Shown: positions 1 to 11,284 of the stretch, in pieces | Position numbering within the stretch: the first letter of the stretch is position 1 | Layout of the letters: every line of letters starts with the position of its first letter | Made by a program: the position numbers and the translations under genes | Assembly: GCF_011386835.1 (NCBI RefSeq) | Contig: NC_088791.1 | Span: 349,990,001 to 350,054,000, forward strand | DNA length: 64,000 nt | Source of the DNA: Chrysemys picta bellii | Lineage: Eukaryota | Direction of reading: 5' to 3' | The notes under the pieces: generated by a model | The model's database searches: none | What the model was told of the DNA's origin: nothing | What the model saw: only the letters and a program-made list of their open reading frames with translations

Positions 1-6
1 TAGAAA

Positions 7-237
7 GTGTGCAAGGAGAGGTGGGAAATCCGAAAAGATATTACTCTCCACCCAATAGTCAGAATACTTAGTGTAATACTGACGGGAATACACACCATAT
101 CAGTAATTGCACTGATGGGAATGTGTTGCTACATGCAACGTCAAACCAAGAAGGCCAAATTACAACACCAGGTTGAGAAACAAATGGAACTAGCTATCAA
201 CACTGCCATAGTAATGAACAATCCTTATAAGGAATAA
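7..237 (+). mobile_element. Possible C-terminus of a retroviral/LTR-element envelope-like protein, truncated by the window edge
   Basis: A hydrophobic helix (ILSVILTGIHTISVIALMGMCCYM) and basic tail (QRQTKKAK) end at a stop, followed by a purine-rich ataaaggtg and TGTTGG at 296, which could be a PPT/LTR start. Pattern only; no homology search. Confidence 0.3.
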
Positions 238-313
238 TCAAATGCTTATTAATATTTAAATGTCAATGTTTTTACTTGAATAGTTTATAAAGGTGTGTTG
301 GACCAAATGTGTC

Positions 314-1658
314 TGTAGTGAGGCCGAGTGGCCTCCCTCCTCAAGGGAGAGCGAGGGTCCACTACACTCCCCTTGATGGGCGTAACCTAGCCTGCCATGC
401 CTCCCTCGCCGGAAGTACAGGAGCGGGGCCAGAAGTATAAGAGGAAGGCCCTGAAGTTCTGTGGGGGTGGAACCCTCAGAGGAGAAGGACGCCCCGCCAG
501 TCCTGCAGCACCCCGGAGGGGAATCTGCGCCCGGGTGTCCCCGATCCCCAGAAGCGGATGACGCCGAAGAGGACTGGCCGGGACTACCTGCCGCTGTGTA
601 CCCAGAGGAGCCGGAGGAGGCCTGGAGGCCAGGGGTACCAAGCCCTGGGGAGGCAGGAAATAACTCAGGGGCAGCCACAGAGCAGCCGGCTGCAGAGCTA
701 GGTGTGGCTCAGTTGCCGTGTTGCGGCTGGATCCCTGCCGACACAGGAGTGGCCAATCCTGCCATTGCCAGGGCCCTGGGCTGGAACGCAGTGGAGTAGG
801 GTGGGCCGCATCCCCCTGCCACCCCGCCCCGGGGTCGCCGACATCTTACACTTCACCGGGAAGCTCCTGCTCTGGAGAAGGAACCTCCCTTACCAGCCCA
901 CTCATAGACTGCTGCTTTGGTGGCTACCTGAGCCCCACCCAGGCTAAAGACAGCCCTGAGACTGTTTGTTGCTGGCAGCCTGAGCCTTCTCAAGCCCAGG
1001 CCAGAGCCTGTATGAGACTGTTTGTCACCCAGCCCTATTGTGGGGCCGGGGACTAGAAGACACACAGGGTCTTGACTGGCCTCAGGGCGGAGACAAAGAC
1101 CCTAGGCCAGGGGTGGCCAACCTGAGCTTGAGAAGGAGCCAGAAATTACCAATGTACATTGCCAAAGAGCCATAAAAATATGTCAGCAGCCCCCCAGCCC
1201 CGCTCCGAGCGCCTCCCACCCACTGGCAGCTTCGCCGATCAGCGCCTCCCCGTCCCTCCCCACACCTCCCGATCAACTGTTTCATGATATGCAGGAGGCT
1301 CTTGGGGGAGGAGCGAAGACACGGCAGGCTCAGGGGAGGGGGCAGGGCCTGTGGCAGAGCCAGGGGTTGAGCAGTGAGCCCTCCCCGGCACATTGGAAAG
1401 TTGGCGCCTGTAGCTCCAGCCCCGGAGTCGGTGCCTAGACAAGGAGCCGCATATTAACTTCTGAAGAGCCACATGTGGCTCCGGAGCCACAGGTTGGCCA
1501 CCCCTGCCCATGGCGGTTCCTGGGATGCTTGCCGTGGCCAGACAAGCCCCAATAAAGAGACAGCCTACACCTTGGGACCTGCCGTCCTGACTGCGGGATG
1601 ACGGAGGCAAGCAGACTGAGTGGCCTCACTCCTCATGGGAGAGCGAGGGTCCACTACA
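314..1658. mobile_element. Solo LTR-like element (Gypsy/ERV type) with a nested hAT MITE
   Basis: Starts TGTAGT and ends ACTACA; perfect 5-bp TSD GTGTC at 309-313 and 1659-1663. Confidence 0.8.
1108..1506. mobile_element. hAT-type MITE
   Basis: Perfect 16-bp TIRs CAGGGGTGGCCAACCT / AGGTTGGCCACCCCTG; degenerate 8-bp TSD ccctaggc / cccatggc. Confidence 0.85.
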
Positions 1659-1857
1659 GTGTCCTATCCGGAATACTCGAGGTACAAACATGTATATACT
1701 CATATATACACCTATGCCCATTATTTACACATATATCTATGTATGCATACCAGTTATTCATATATCATTTATCATAAGGAGTATACCTGGTGCTCAACCG
1801 TTCAAGGAAATGATCATGCAATCCCTCATACATATCACTATATATATCTACATTAAC

Positions 1858-2553
1858 GAGAGAGAAAATATCATATTGCCTCTGTAGAAATCCATGGAAT
1901 ACTCACACCTTGAATACTTCATGACGTTTTGGTTGCCCCATCTCAAAAAGTATATATTTGAATAGGAAAAAGTACAGATAAGGGTGTCAAAATATTCAGG
2001 GGTATGGAACCACTTCCAGATGAAGAGAGACTCAAAAGACTGTGACTGTTCAGCTTGAAAAGGGATGACTAAGCGGGGATATGACAGAGGTCTATAAAAT
2101 CCTGAGTGGAGTGGAGAAAGTGAATAAGGAAGATTTATTTACCCATTCACAAGAACCAGGGGTCACCCAATGAAGTTAGTCGGCAGCAGGTTTAAAACAA
2201 ACAAAAGAAAGTCCTTTTTCACACAATGCACAGTCAGCCTGAGAAACTCATTGCCAGGGGATGTTGCAAAGGCCAAAAGTAAAACAAGTCCAAAAAAGAA
2301 TTAGATAAGTTCATGGAGGTTAGGTCCATCAGTGGCTATTAGCCAACATGGTCAAGAACGCAGCCCCATACTCTGGGTGTCAATAAACCTCTGAGTGCTA
2401 GAAGCTGGGAGCAGGTGACACAGGATGGATCATTCAATAATTGCCTTGTTTTGTTCATTTGCTCTGACGTAGCTGCACTGGCCACCGACAGAAGACAGGA
2501 CACTGGGCTAAATGGACCATGGGTCTGACCCAACAAGGCCGTTCTTATATTCT
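1858..2553 (+). mobile_element. CR1 LINE 3' fragment
   Basis: Degenerate ORF2 C-terminus (ENIILPL..SM...HLEY...W.PHLKK) and CR1 3' end ggccgttcttatattct. The same 3' end appears inverted at about 25526-25596. Confidence 0.85.
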
Positions 2554-5500
2554 CAAATTGTTCCAATGATGGATGTGCTGCTGCAGAGAAGCATTTCCAG
2601 GGGCTCCCTCTGTTATACAGCTGGCATAGCCACCCTAGTAAACGTCCAGAAGCAGCCCAGTGTAGGAGGCTGAGGGGGGTGGGGGGAGGCGAGTGCTGCC
2701 ACCTACGGGTGTGGTCCTGTAGCACCAGGCATAGAGGCTCATGGTTTCAGCTGGAGCTGGGCTGGAAAACAGTTTTTTCCCCTTCCATGAGAAAATTTTG
2801 ACCCAAACGAAAATGTTTGTTAACTTTCCAACCATTTTGGGGGGTGACTTTTCATAGAAAACGGATCATTTTTCTCTGAAAGCTCAGCTGCCATGATGCT
2901 GCTGAGCTAAAGCTATCTGGATCCCTAAGAGAAATTGGCGACTTTTCATCTGCCTCGTCCTCGTAACATAAATGAAGGTGGCACTGAGGGAGTCTATGGC
3001 TGCACTCTGGGGATGGAAAGGTCTAAACTTCCTGCCCAGTCTAGGGCTGGGCTATTGTGCCCATCAGCTACTCTAACCAGCCCTCTCATCTCTGTGCAGC
3101 CCCCTCCTCCCTGTACAACTCACCCTTCAGCAGATCCTGTGGGCAGTGGCTACTGTGACAGGCCCTGGTAGCACATCTCTGATGAACCTGTGCTAGCAGG
3201 AAGCTGGAGAGGGTCCTAGAGCAGTTGTGGAGGCCCAGAGATTATGGGTGGGGGGGCCTAGGAACCAGTTGATCACGGAGATCTGCATATAACTTTGGGG
3301 ATCCCTGGATCCTGGGTCCCCGTTTCGGTCTTTAGGGAGAAGGGAAGGGACCCCCCTCCTGGAACGATCCGAGGGAAATTTGCATGTAGGGAGCCTTGTG
3401 AACTCTCCCTTCCCTGGCTTGCACCCTGGGTTTGGAATGAAGAAAAGGGGCCTGCTGGGGAGAAATCTGCTCCTATTTATAATTATTATTCAATTTTATT
3501 TTATTTCAGCAAGATCACAGATGTGACAGCATCATCGTTACCACTCGGCCGCCTCCGAGGTAGGCATGTGACTAATCAGAATCATATGAACAGTGATGAC
3601 AAACCCAGATTCCAGGAATAGAGCCTGCAGCAAGGCTGGCACTGCAATGCACTTGGGTAGAATCACCTCTTATCCCCTGTGATTTGGCTTCCTGCAGTTT
3701 GCCATTGGCCGTGATGCAGGTAAGGCTGGTGCACACTAAGACAGGCAGATGAGGTTCCCTAATGGCCAAGTGGCCCCCAAGGGAATGTGCAGGCATGCTT
3801 CATAAAGACACTTGCCTCCCTATCTGAACAGATACCGTCTGCTGCCCTGCAACCTCTCTGATAACTCCTTGTCCTTTAGGGTGAAGATCTCTGATATCAG
3901 TGGCTCCCCGTCTAGCAGGAATTGGGTATGTTGGCAGGTTTCACTATCTTTAAAATGTGAAGTGAAGGGGAAAGGCTACAAGCTGTTTCCATTTGGAGAT
4001 GTTTTGTGCAGCGGCAGAGAACTCAGCTGGGCTGTCGGGGTGACTCAGTGATGGGGCTGGAGGGCAGGCAGCGCTAGGTAGCTTAGGAACCCCTCCCCTA
4101 CAGCTGCCCATGGTCCACGGTGGATTGTTCAAGCTACACAGAAATCTGAGATCCAAAGTGAGCTTGGAGTTAAAACCACGATGACCCAAGTCAGGATTTC
4201 TCAAGGGTCCTGTTTCTAGAGGTGCTGTGTGCTCTGGGCCCAATTCTGCCAGGAGCTGAGCGAGACGAAACCCCACGGAATATCAATGACTAGTTCCCAA
4301 ATCACCCCAGGTTTATTTGCTCCTCAATTGCTCCTCAATTCAGAGCTGTGCTGCTGTTGGTAACAGGTCTGATAGAGCCTATTAATGTTTCTGACTGTCT
4401 GAGGGCTCCAGGTTTCTACCCTGTAGATTCCACTCAGAGTTACAGGACTACCTGCACGTCTGCCCCCTCTATGGTCTCCGAGTTCCAGACGTGAGGTGTT
4501 GTACCCTGCCCTCTCCTGGGGTGGAATCCCGCGATTCTCCCACCTCATACTGGGCTCTGGCTACAGGACAGTGTTGGTCAAGCAGGTCCAAGTGTGTTTG
4601 GCACCTGTGGCTCTTCCCTCAGGAAGGCTGTGAGTAGTGGTGAGACAAGTGACCAATCAGCCTTCTAGAACCAAAATACTGTTTAATCAAACAGTAGGAA
4701 TAAAGTGTAACATGGGAGAAGAAGAGGGTTTTCAAATAACAGTCTATACAAATCTCTGACCCCAAGTCCTCGCACTCTGATGGGGACCCAGGCAGGCCGA
4801 GGGCCTTCAGACTTCTCCAGTGGTGTCTGTGCCTGTCAGTCTGAAGACCTTCTCAGCAACAGCTGCCTCAGCTCTGCACAGACTCACGGAACTGGCAAAA
4901 CAAGCTGTGTAATGTGGCTGGAGCCCAGATATAGGCTCTTCCCAGCTTGTAGCTCCGGTAAAGTCTCTCGTAAGTACTGACTGAGCAATGGCTTATTTTG
5001 AGCTGTTGCTTCCCTTCCTGCTTGTTTTCCAGTAGGCTGCTATTAAACTAAGATGAGCCATACTGTTTTCTCCCAATATAGCCATGACATAAACATCCCA
5101 CTAGTTAACCCAATATAGCTCTACAGCAAACATCCCCAGAAATTGGTTTAACAGACACATTCGTTATTGCAGATCAGGTCCATGTCTGACACTCTTCCAT
5201 TCCCGAGTGCTATGCATTTTATTCATATAGGACATAAGCAGCAAGAGAGAGAGAGGGAGAGCAATAGACTGTTCTCATGTGGGAAATGAAGTTCCATTTT
5301 CACGAATACTCATGCTTTTGACTTTGAAATCCAAGTCTTGTAAACCTTCATCCTGGTGGAAATAAGAGGTTCTGGGGTTACTATGTACAAAAGAGTGAGA
5401 GCTCAGGGAATTAATATTTCATATACTGATCCCAGTGGCTGTTACCACCCTGGGTACAGGTCACAGACTGACAGAACAGAACCTGAGGAGAACCAGTCAG

Positions 5501-6739
5501 CTACTAACCCAGGGACAGAGGAGCTACTAGACTTTTGTTTGCTGACAAGCAACTGAATGAGGGCTCAGATTGAGGTCTTTTCAGATTCTGAAGAAATCCA
5601 GATGACAGACACTACATTTTAAGTCCCAGAGAAAAGATCTCAGAAAGAAGATCAGAGGGGAAAGAATGGGTTGACATGTGTGCTAGAGTACAGATGATGT
5701 GTAAATGTTATGCCAAAACTTTACATTATCATAAAAATATTCCAAACAAACTTTCATGACATGCAGATATATTGAAAGCCAGGGGCAGAGTTGTTGGAAT
5801 CTCTACAGGAAGGAGCAGTGGTAACTTTACTGCTTAATTGGTATTGCTTTAGAAAGCATTTTAGAAGTACCCCACATACTGTTTGCGATGGGTTTGTGCT
5901 GTTAACTCTTTGTTCAGTGAACAGTTGTATGATTCTGTCTCCTAGTAACTGACCAGAAGCTGTTTGTGACACTTACATTGAGGGGCATGAACACAATCCC
6001 TCTGCAGTACCTGTGCAAGACTTTCCAAAACATTGTGGGAGAACAGAACCACTTGTGACTCTTTCAGCAAAGTGTAGAGCTGAGGTCCGGGAAAGGGGAG
6101 TGTAATAGTGGTTGTATATAATTTACGTCAATCACCTCTTACACAAGCATGGCTGAGTAATTTGCACACTCAAGTGGATATCAGAGCAAACCTAGGGTTT
6201 TTTCACTATTCACCCATTTGCGACATCATCCCCTCCCCTGCCCAGCTGAAGTAACAGTCAGTGTTCGCTTCTAGCTTGCCAGATACCTAGAGACCCTTCC
6301 ATGGGGAGATGATGCAGGTCCTGTGAGGATGGCGAGAAGCCTGTAGGATGATAGAACTCTCTGGATTCAGTCAATATTGGCCAGGCACTTCGGCTTCTCT
6401 TGGAGGGACTCTGGGGGGTCAAAGTGCATCATTGGGAGCTTTTGGTAAGGGAAAGTAATAGAGCCCAGTTCTGATTGAATTTACACATGTAAATCGGAAG
6501 TGACAGTGACATAGCTGAAGTCACTGTTATTGAATTAAGAATCTGGCCCTTAGAACTTATCTCATCTACTGCAAAGCGGGAGTGGTATAATTTGGACTCT
6601 CAGTAGTGGAGAAACTAAACCAACATATGTAATGAGACAATGACACACGTCTATAAATAGCTTCAATGGACATTTTCACTATGCACTTCCCATGTGTTTT
6701 AACAAATCATGATACAATGGGCCACACTGAGAAGTGGAG

Positions 6740-7120
6740 GGCCAGAAAGGGTGTCTGTGGGAAGGTCACAACTATAAAATCACACAGCGCTCAAGCAGGC
6801 TGCGGAACTCCCAGCCACAAGATATAAATGGGCCAAAAGCTTAGAAGGATTCAAAGAGGGACTGGATGTTTTTATGGGTAACCAGAAAATCCAATTACAC
6901 TAGTGAGGATTTTTTTTAAGTCTTGGAAAGTCTCTAAACCTTCCTGATTTATACCACAAAATATGTCTAACTAGTAGTCTCAGGAGGAAACTTTCCCTGG
7001 GAGCAGGTTATAGCTGCCTATTTCAGAGCTCCTTCCTCTGCAGCGTCTGGAACTGGCCACTGGATACTGGGTTAGATGGACTGCAGGTCTGACCCAGTCT
7101 GGCAGTGCCTATCTTCCTAT
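6740..7120 (+). mobile_element. Old CR1 3' end remnant upstream of the acceptor, shared by the units
   Basis: ggaactcccagccacaaga...gcaccttcctctg...ggatactgggctagatggac...gtctgacccagt...cctatcttccta resembles CR1 3' UTRs. It is recognisable in all units and partly replaced in unit 3. Confidence 0.5.
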
Positions 7121-7224
7121 CAGTGGTGTAAATCCAAGACTATATTTTTGCTGACCTTCTTTGAGCTTCTGGGAGGGTTTAGACTTGCACTGAGAGCAGA
7201 ATGATGTCTATAAATATCATCTAA

Positions 7225-7247
7225 TCTCCTGTTCTTTTTCCTTACAG
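7225..7247 (+). promoter_or_regulatory. Splice acceptor of the OR coding exon, 40 nt before the ATG, conserved in all five units
   Basis: Polypyrimidine tract plus AG (ctcctgttctttttccttacAG) ending at 7247. Equivalent AGs end at 29441, 39448 and 57312, and lie at 16360-16361 on the minus strand (39 nt). Confidence 0.8.
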
Positions 7248-7287
7248 GAAGGAAAGGTCAAAATTCATTGGCCCTTCCCAGTACATT

Positions 7288-8223
7288 ATGTCGGCTGTCA
7301 ATGACACCCAATTCACACATGCAGTGTTACTTCTCACAGGGATACCTGGGCAGGAAAACGTTTATCTTTGGATCTCTGTCCCCTTCTGCTTAATGTATGT
7401 TATTTCGATAGCAGGAAATGCAGTCATTCTGTTCATTATAAAAATAGATCCAAGCCTCCATGAGCCCATGTACATTTTCCTTTCCATGTTGGGCGTCACA
7501 GACCTTGGCATATCGATAGCCACCATACCAACGATACTGGGCATGTACTTGTTTAACTCTAGGGAGATCAGCCTCGATGCCTGTTTTGCTCAGCTGTTCT
7601 TCATCCACTCGCTTCAATGCATTGAATCCTCTGTGCTCTTGTTGATGGCCTTTGACCGCTTCGTCGCGATCTGTAACCCACTGAGATATACTTCCATCTT
7701 AACCCTGCCGAGAGCAGCCAAGATGGGACTGGTGTGTGTGCTAAGAGGTATGGCTGCAATGTTTCCACTCCCCTTTCTCCTGAAACGGTTCCAATACTGT
7801 CGAGCCAATGTCCTCTCCCATTCCTACTGCCTTCACCAGGAGGTCATGAAGATGGCTTGTTCTGATATAACAGTCAACAGCATCTATGGCTTGTTTATTA
7901 CACTCGTAACAGTGGGTTTGGACTCACTGCTCATCCTCCTATCTTATGTGATGATCCTCAAAACAGCGCTAAGTGTTGCATCCCATGCAGAGTGCCTCAG
8001 GGCCCTGAACACCTGCGTATCCCACCTCTGCGCCATCCTGATCTTCTACACACCAGAGATCGGCTTGTCTGTGATACACAGATTCGGGAAAAGCTCTTCT
8101 CACTTGCCTCCGATTCTCCTGGGCTACGTCTCTCTGCTTGTTCCGCCCCTGATGAACCCAATCATATATAGCGTGAAAAGCAAACACCTTCGTATTAGGA
8201 TAATCCGGGTGTTTGTCAAGTGA
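7288..8223 (+). CDS. Class I olfactory receptor, OR51 family (OR1 here), intact, 311 aa
   Basis: 7TM ORF with OR motifs LHEPMYIFLSML, MAFDRFVAICNPLRY, SHSYCLHQEVMKMAC, RALNTCVSHL and PPLMNPIIYSVKSK, an N-terminal NDT sequon, and the class I HRFG motif after TM6. Confidence 0.97.
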   Translation: MSAVNDTQFTHAVLLLTGIPGQENVYLWISVPFCLMYVISIAGNAVILFIIKIDPSLHEPMYIFLSMLGVTDLGISIATIPTILGMYLFNSREISLDACFAQLFFIHSLQCIESSVLLLMAFDRFVAICNPLRYTSILTLPRAAKMGLVCVLRGMAAMFPLPFLLKRFQYCRANVLSHSYCLHQEVMKMACSDITVNSIYGLFITLVTVGLDSLLILLSYVMILKTALSVASHAECLRALNTCVSHLCAILIFYTPEIGLSVIHRFGKSSSHLPPILLGYVSLLVPPLMNPIIYSVKSKHLRIRIIRVFVK

Positions 8224-8581
8224 AGAATCAGTTCATCACCCATCTCCAGGTACTGCCACCTTTTCCATCCTGGACCCTTCCAACTGAGACGACATTACTG
8301 AACCTGATCCCATCTGAACCTCTCTCTATAGAGATAACAAATAGAGATTACCACTCTATAGAGAGAGGTTCAGATGGGATCTAAGGCTTGGAGCAATGGG
8401 AGGGTGGCTGTCCCCACTAGCTGGTGAGGGAGGGCAGGGCACTGGGGGAAGGAGACCAAGGCAGGCAGCAGCATTTACAAAGTGTCTGTTTTCATGGAGA
8501 GCCAGGGGACCAGTAGGATGTTGGCCCAAAAAGAGCCTTGTCAGTGGCTGCTCCGACCTCAGAATTTCTGTTGATACAATC

Positions 8582-8587
8582 AATAAA
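8582..8587 (+). terminator. Candidate polyadenylation signal about 340-360 nt after the OR stop codon
   Basis: AATAAA at the homologous position in each unit: 8582, 30765, 40762, 58620, and 12589 in the orphan flank. OR2 has the variant AGTAAA at 15134-15139 (-). Confidence 0.55.
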
Positions 8588-9290
8588 GAGAAGAGACGTG
8601 GATGTTGTTTCCCATTACACCTGGCCTGTCACTGTTCTGTCTCTGGTTAAACATCCATGGGCCAGGAAAAAAACCTGCAGATCTGTTCTGCAGTCGCAGT
8701 CCAGGCCCTTCCTTAGTGCTTTGGGTGCTGCGTGATCCATGGGGGCTGCACCAGTGGTGGATAGGGGCTATTCAAGGAGCACAGTCACCCACCATTTCCC
8801 TATACTCTTAGCCAGTTGCTTGTGACTGAGTTGTTTCAGAGATATGATTAACACAGGGGATCCAGGAAAAGCCATTCAGGCAACACCCCCTCCCCCTGTT
8901 GACAGCTCTGCCCACAGCACACCTGCTGAGCTCACTCCCCACCAAGGCAGGGCAGTGTGTAACTGAGGGTCTGAAGCACAGGAATCCTAGGAAGAGACTC
9001 AGGTCCATATTTCCTTCTCCTCCCCTCGGTTTGTGCTGCCCCAACTGCTTCTAAAGGGGTGGAAACGGTCCTCAGCCCCTTCACAGAGGCACAGCTAGCT
9101 CCTATCCCAGCCCAGCCTGTTCAATGTAGGGTGACCACCTAGTCAAGAGACAAAAACTGGATACTGCAGAAGCCACTTCCCCTCTGTGATCCTGCCCCAC
9201 CCCTTTTTCTGCCTCCTTGAGACCCTACACTCTGCTCCTCCTCTTCCTCTGAGGCCCCTCCCTCTGCCCCATCTCTTCCCTCAACACTAG

Positions 9291-10431
9291 TGTGACAGGT
9301 TCGGTCACAGAGATCCCCTTGGGACTGTCACCTGATGTGCTGAAATTACCTCTGAGCCAGTTTTCCCTGCCAGCTGGGGATCTCCAGAACCCTGCCTGGT
9401 TGAGCCAGACACACTAGCCTGCTGCAACGCAGACCCGGGGTCTGGGCCACGCTCCCAAAGCTGCAGGTTTTACCTGAAAACTGCTCAGCAGGTTACCTGT
9501 CTCCACCACCCAGACACCCAGTTCCCAATGGGATTCAAACCCCAAATAAATCTGTTTTACTCTGTATAATGCTTATACAGGGTAAATTCATAAATTGTCC
9601 ACCCCCATAACACTGATAGAGAGATATGCACAGCTGTTTGCTCCCCCGGGTATTAATCACTTACACTGGGTTTATTAATAAACAAAAGTGATTTTATTAA
9701 GCATAAAAAGTGGTTTTGAGTAATAATAGACAGAACAAAATAAGTCACAAAAGCAAAATAAAACAAATTCGCAAGTCTAAGCCTAATACTTTAAGAAACT
9801 GATTACAGGTAATATCTCACCCTCAGAGATGTTCCAATAAGCTTACTTTACAGACTGGACTATTTTCTACTCTGGGCCCAATCCTTTCTTTCTTAGTTCT
9901 TAGTTCCAGCACACATCTTAGGTGATAAACGGGTTTTCTCATGACTGGAAGCCTCCTTTGTCCTGCTCCACACCCTTTTATATCTTTGGCACAGGGCAGG
10001 AACCTTTTGTCTGTGCTTGTCCCCACCCCTGCCTCTTCCATGGAAAAGTACGAGGATTAAGATGGATTCCAGTATCATGTGACATGGTCACATGTCTCTG
10101 AGACCTCTAGTCTCGATTCCTCCTGGGCTGGCCCTCATGTACACAGGAAGGCTTGCAAGTATACAGAGCCATTCACAGTTCATTGATTTCTGAAGCACCC
10201 TTAATGGCTTCCACTTAATATGTTTACATCAGTGATACAGGTTTATATCTCATTCTCCTAACTCCAGACATAGAACTAATACATGCAAACCAATGGGATG
10301 AACACACTTAGTAGATTGCAAGCTTCCTAATGACACCATACAAGAGTCCTTTTGCACAAAGCATATTCCAGTTACATCATATTCATATTCATAAGCATAT
10401 TTTCATAAAACATATGGAGTGCAACATCACA
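9291..10431 (-). mobile_element. Solo LTR, about 1.14 kb, unique to downstream block 1
   Basis: TG...CA termini (tgtgacaggt ... gcaacatcaca) and absent from paralogous blocks. A short fragment of the same LTR end lies at about 34839-34908. No clean TSD seen. Confidence 0.7.
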
Positions 10432-11284
10432 TCCTGCAATGTCACAACTACACCCTGTGCTCCTCTTCCTTATCCAAGGCTGCAGCCCCACTCCAGGCTA
10501 GAAGGTAGAGCTGGACCATGGCAGCAGCTGCCTAGGGAGCCAGAGCCACTGTGAGGAGCCCCAGACTCTCCACCTGCCCTGGGCAGGGGGCTGGGAGGCC
10601 CAAGAGAAGCCCTCAGCCTGTTTTCCCACCCCACGGGATGCATCCCAGAGAAGATGGAGAATTGCAACCCCCCAAAGCGGCTTGGGCTGCAGGGCAGCTC
10701 TTACCATAGCCTGCCTCGGTGGAAGTAGAGGAGCAGGGGGAAGGGCCTAGTGGGAAGAGATGGGGAGGTGGCAGGGCCTCATGAGAAAAGGAGGAGAGGG
10801 GGTGCGGCAAGTCTGAACCTTGCTGACCCTAGGAAGCAGGGTGGTGGTGGGTTCTTGAGTAAAGGAGGAGGATGGGTCCAGTGGGCAGCAGAGTCTGTGT
10901 TTTGGAGAAGACTGAATAAATGCGACCCCACAAAGGGGGTTCTTGTTTTAAGTATCCCAAGGGGAGAGTAAGTTATTTCAAGGACCTTAGATGGAAGGGC
11001 AGGGCACCTATAGGGCTACCTCAGGTCCCAACGGGGCTTTTGGGGTAAGCTGTTGTCTGCAGAGACTTGGCCAAAGTGTGCTCTATTCTTGGAAGCCATT
11101 ACCACCAGGTGGAGATCAGCCCAGCATGCAGGGTGCTCTAAACCCCCTGAGGCACGGGGAGAACAGGCCAGAGAATCAAACCTCTGTAACTGGCTCCTTG
11201 CATCCCCTCTCTATGCAGCTCAGGGACGAGCTTTGCTGACACAGCAGAGAATCCAGACAGGCCTGTCACCATTCAGATAGCTGG

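Noticed and set aside
256-1056. Several overlapping 70-140 aa ORFs on both strands
   Set aside because: They lie in the GC-rich LTR body, are low-complexity (Pro/Gly/Ala/Glu) and show no domain motifs.
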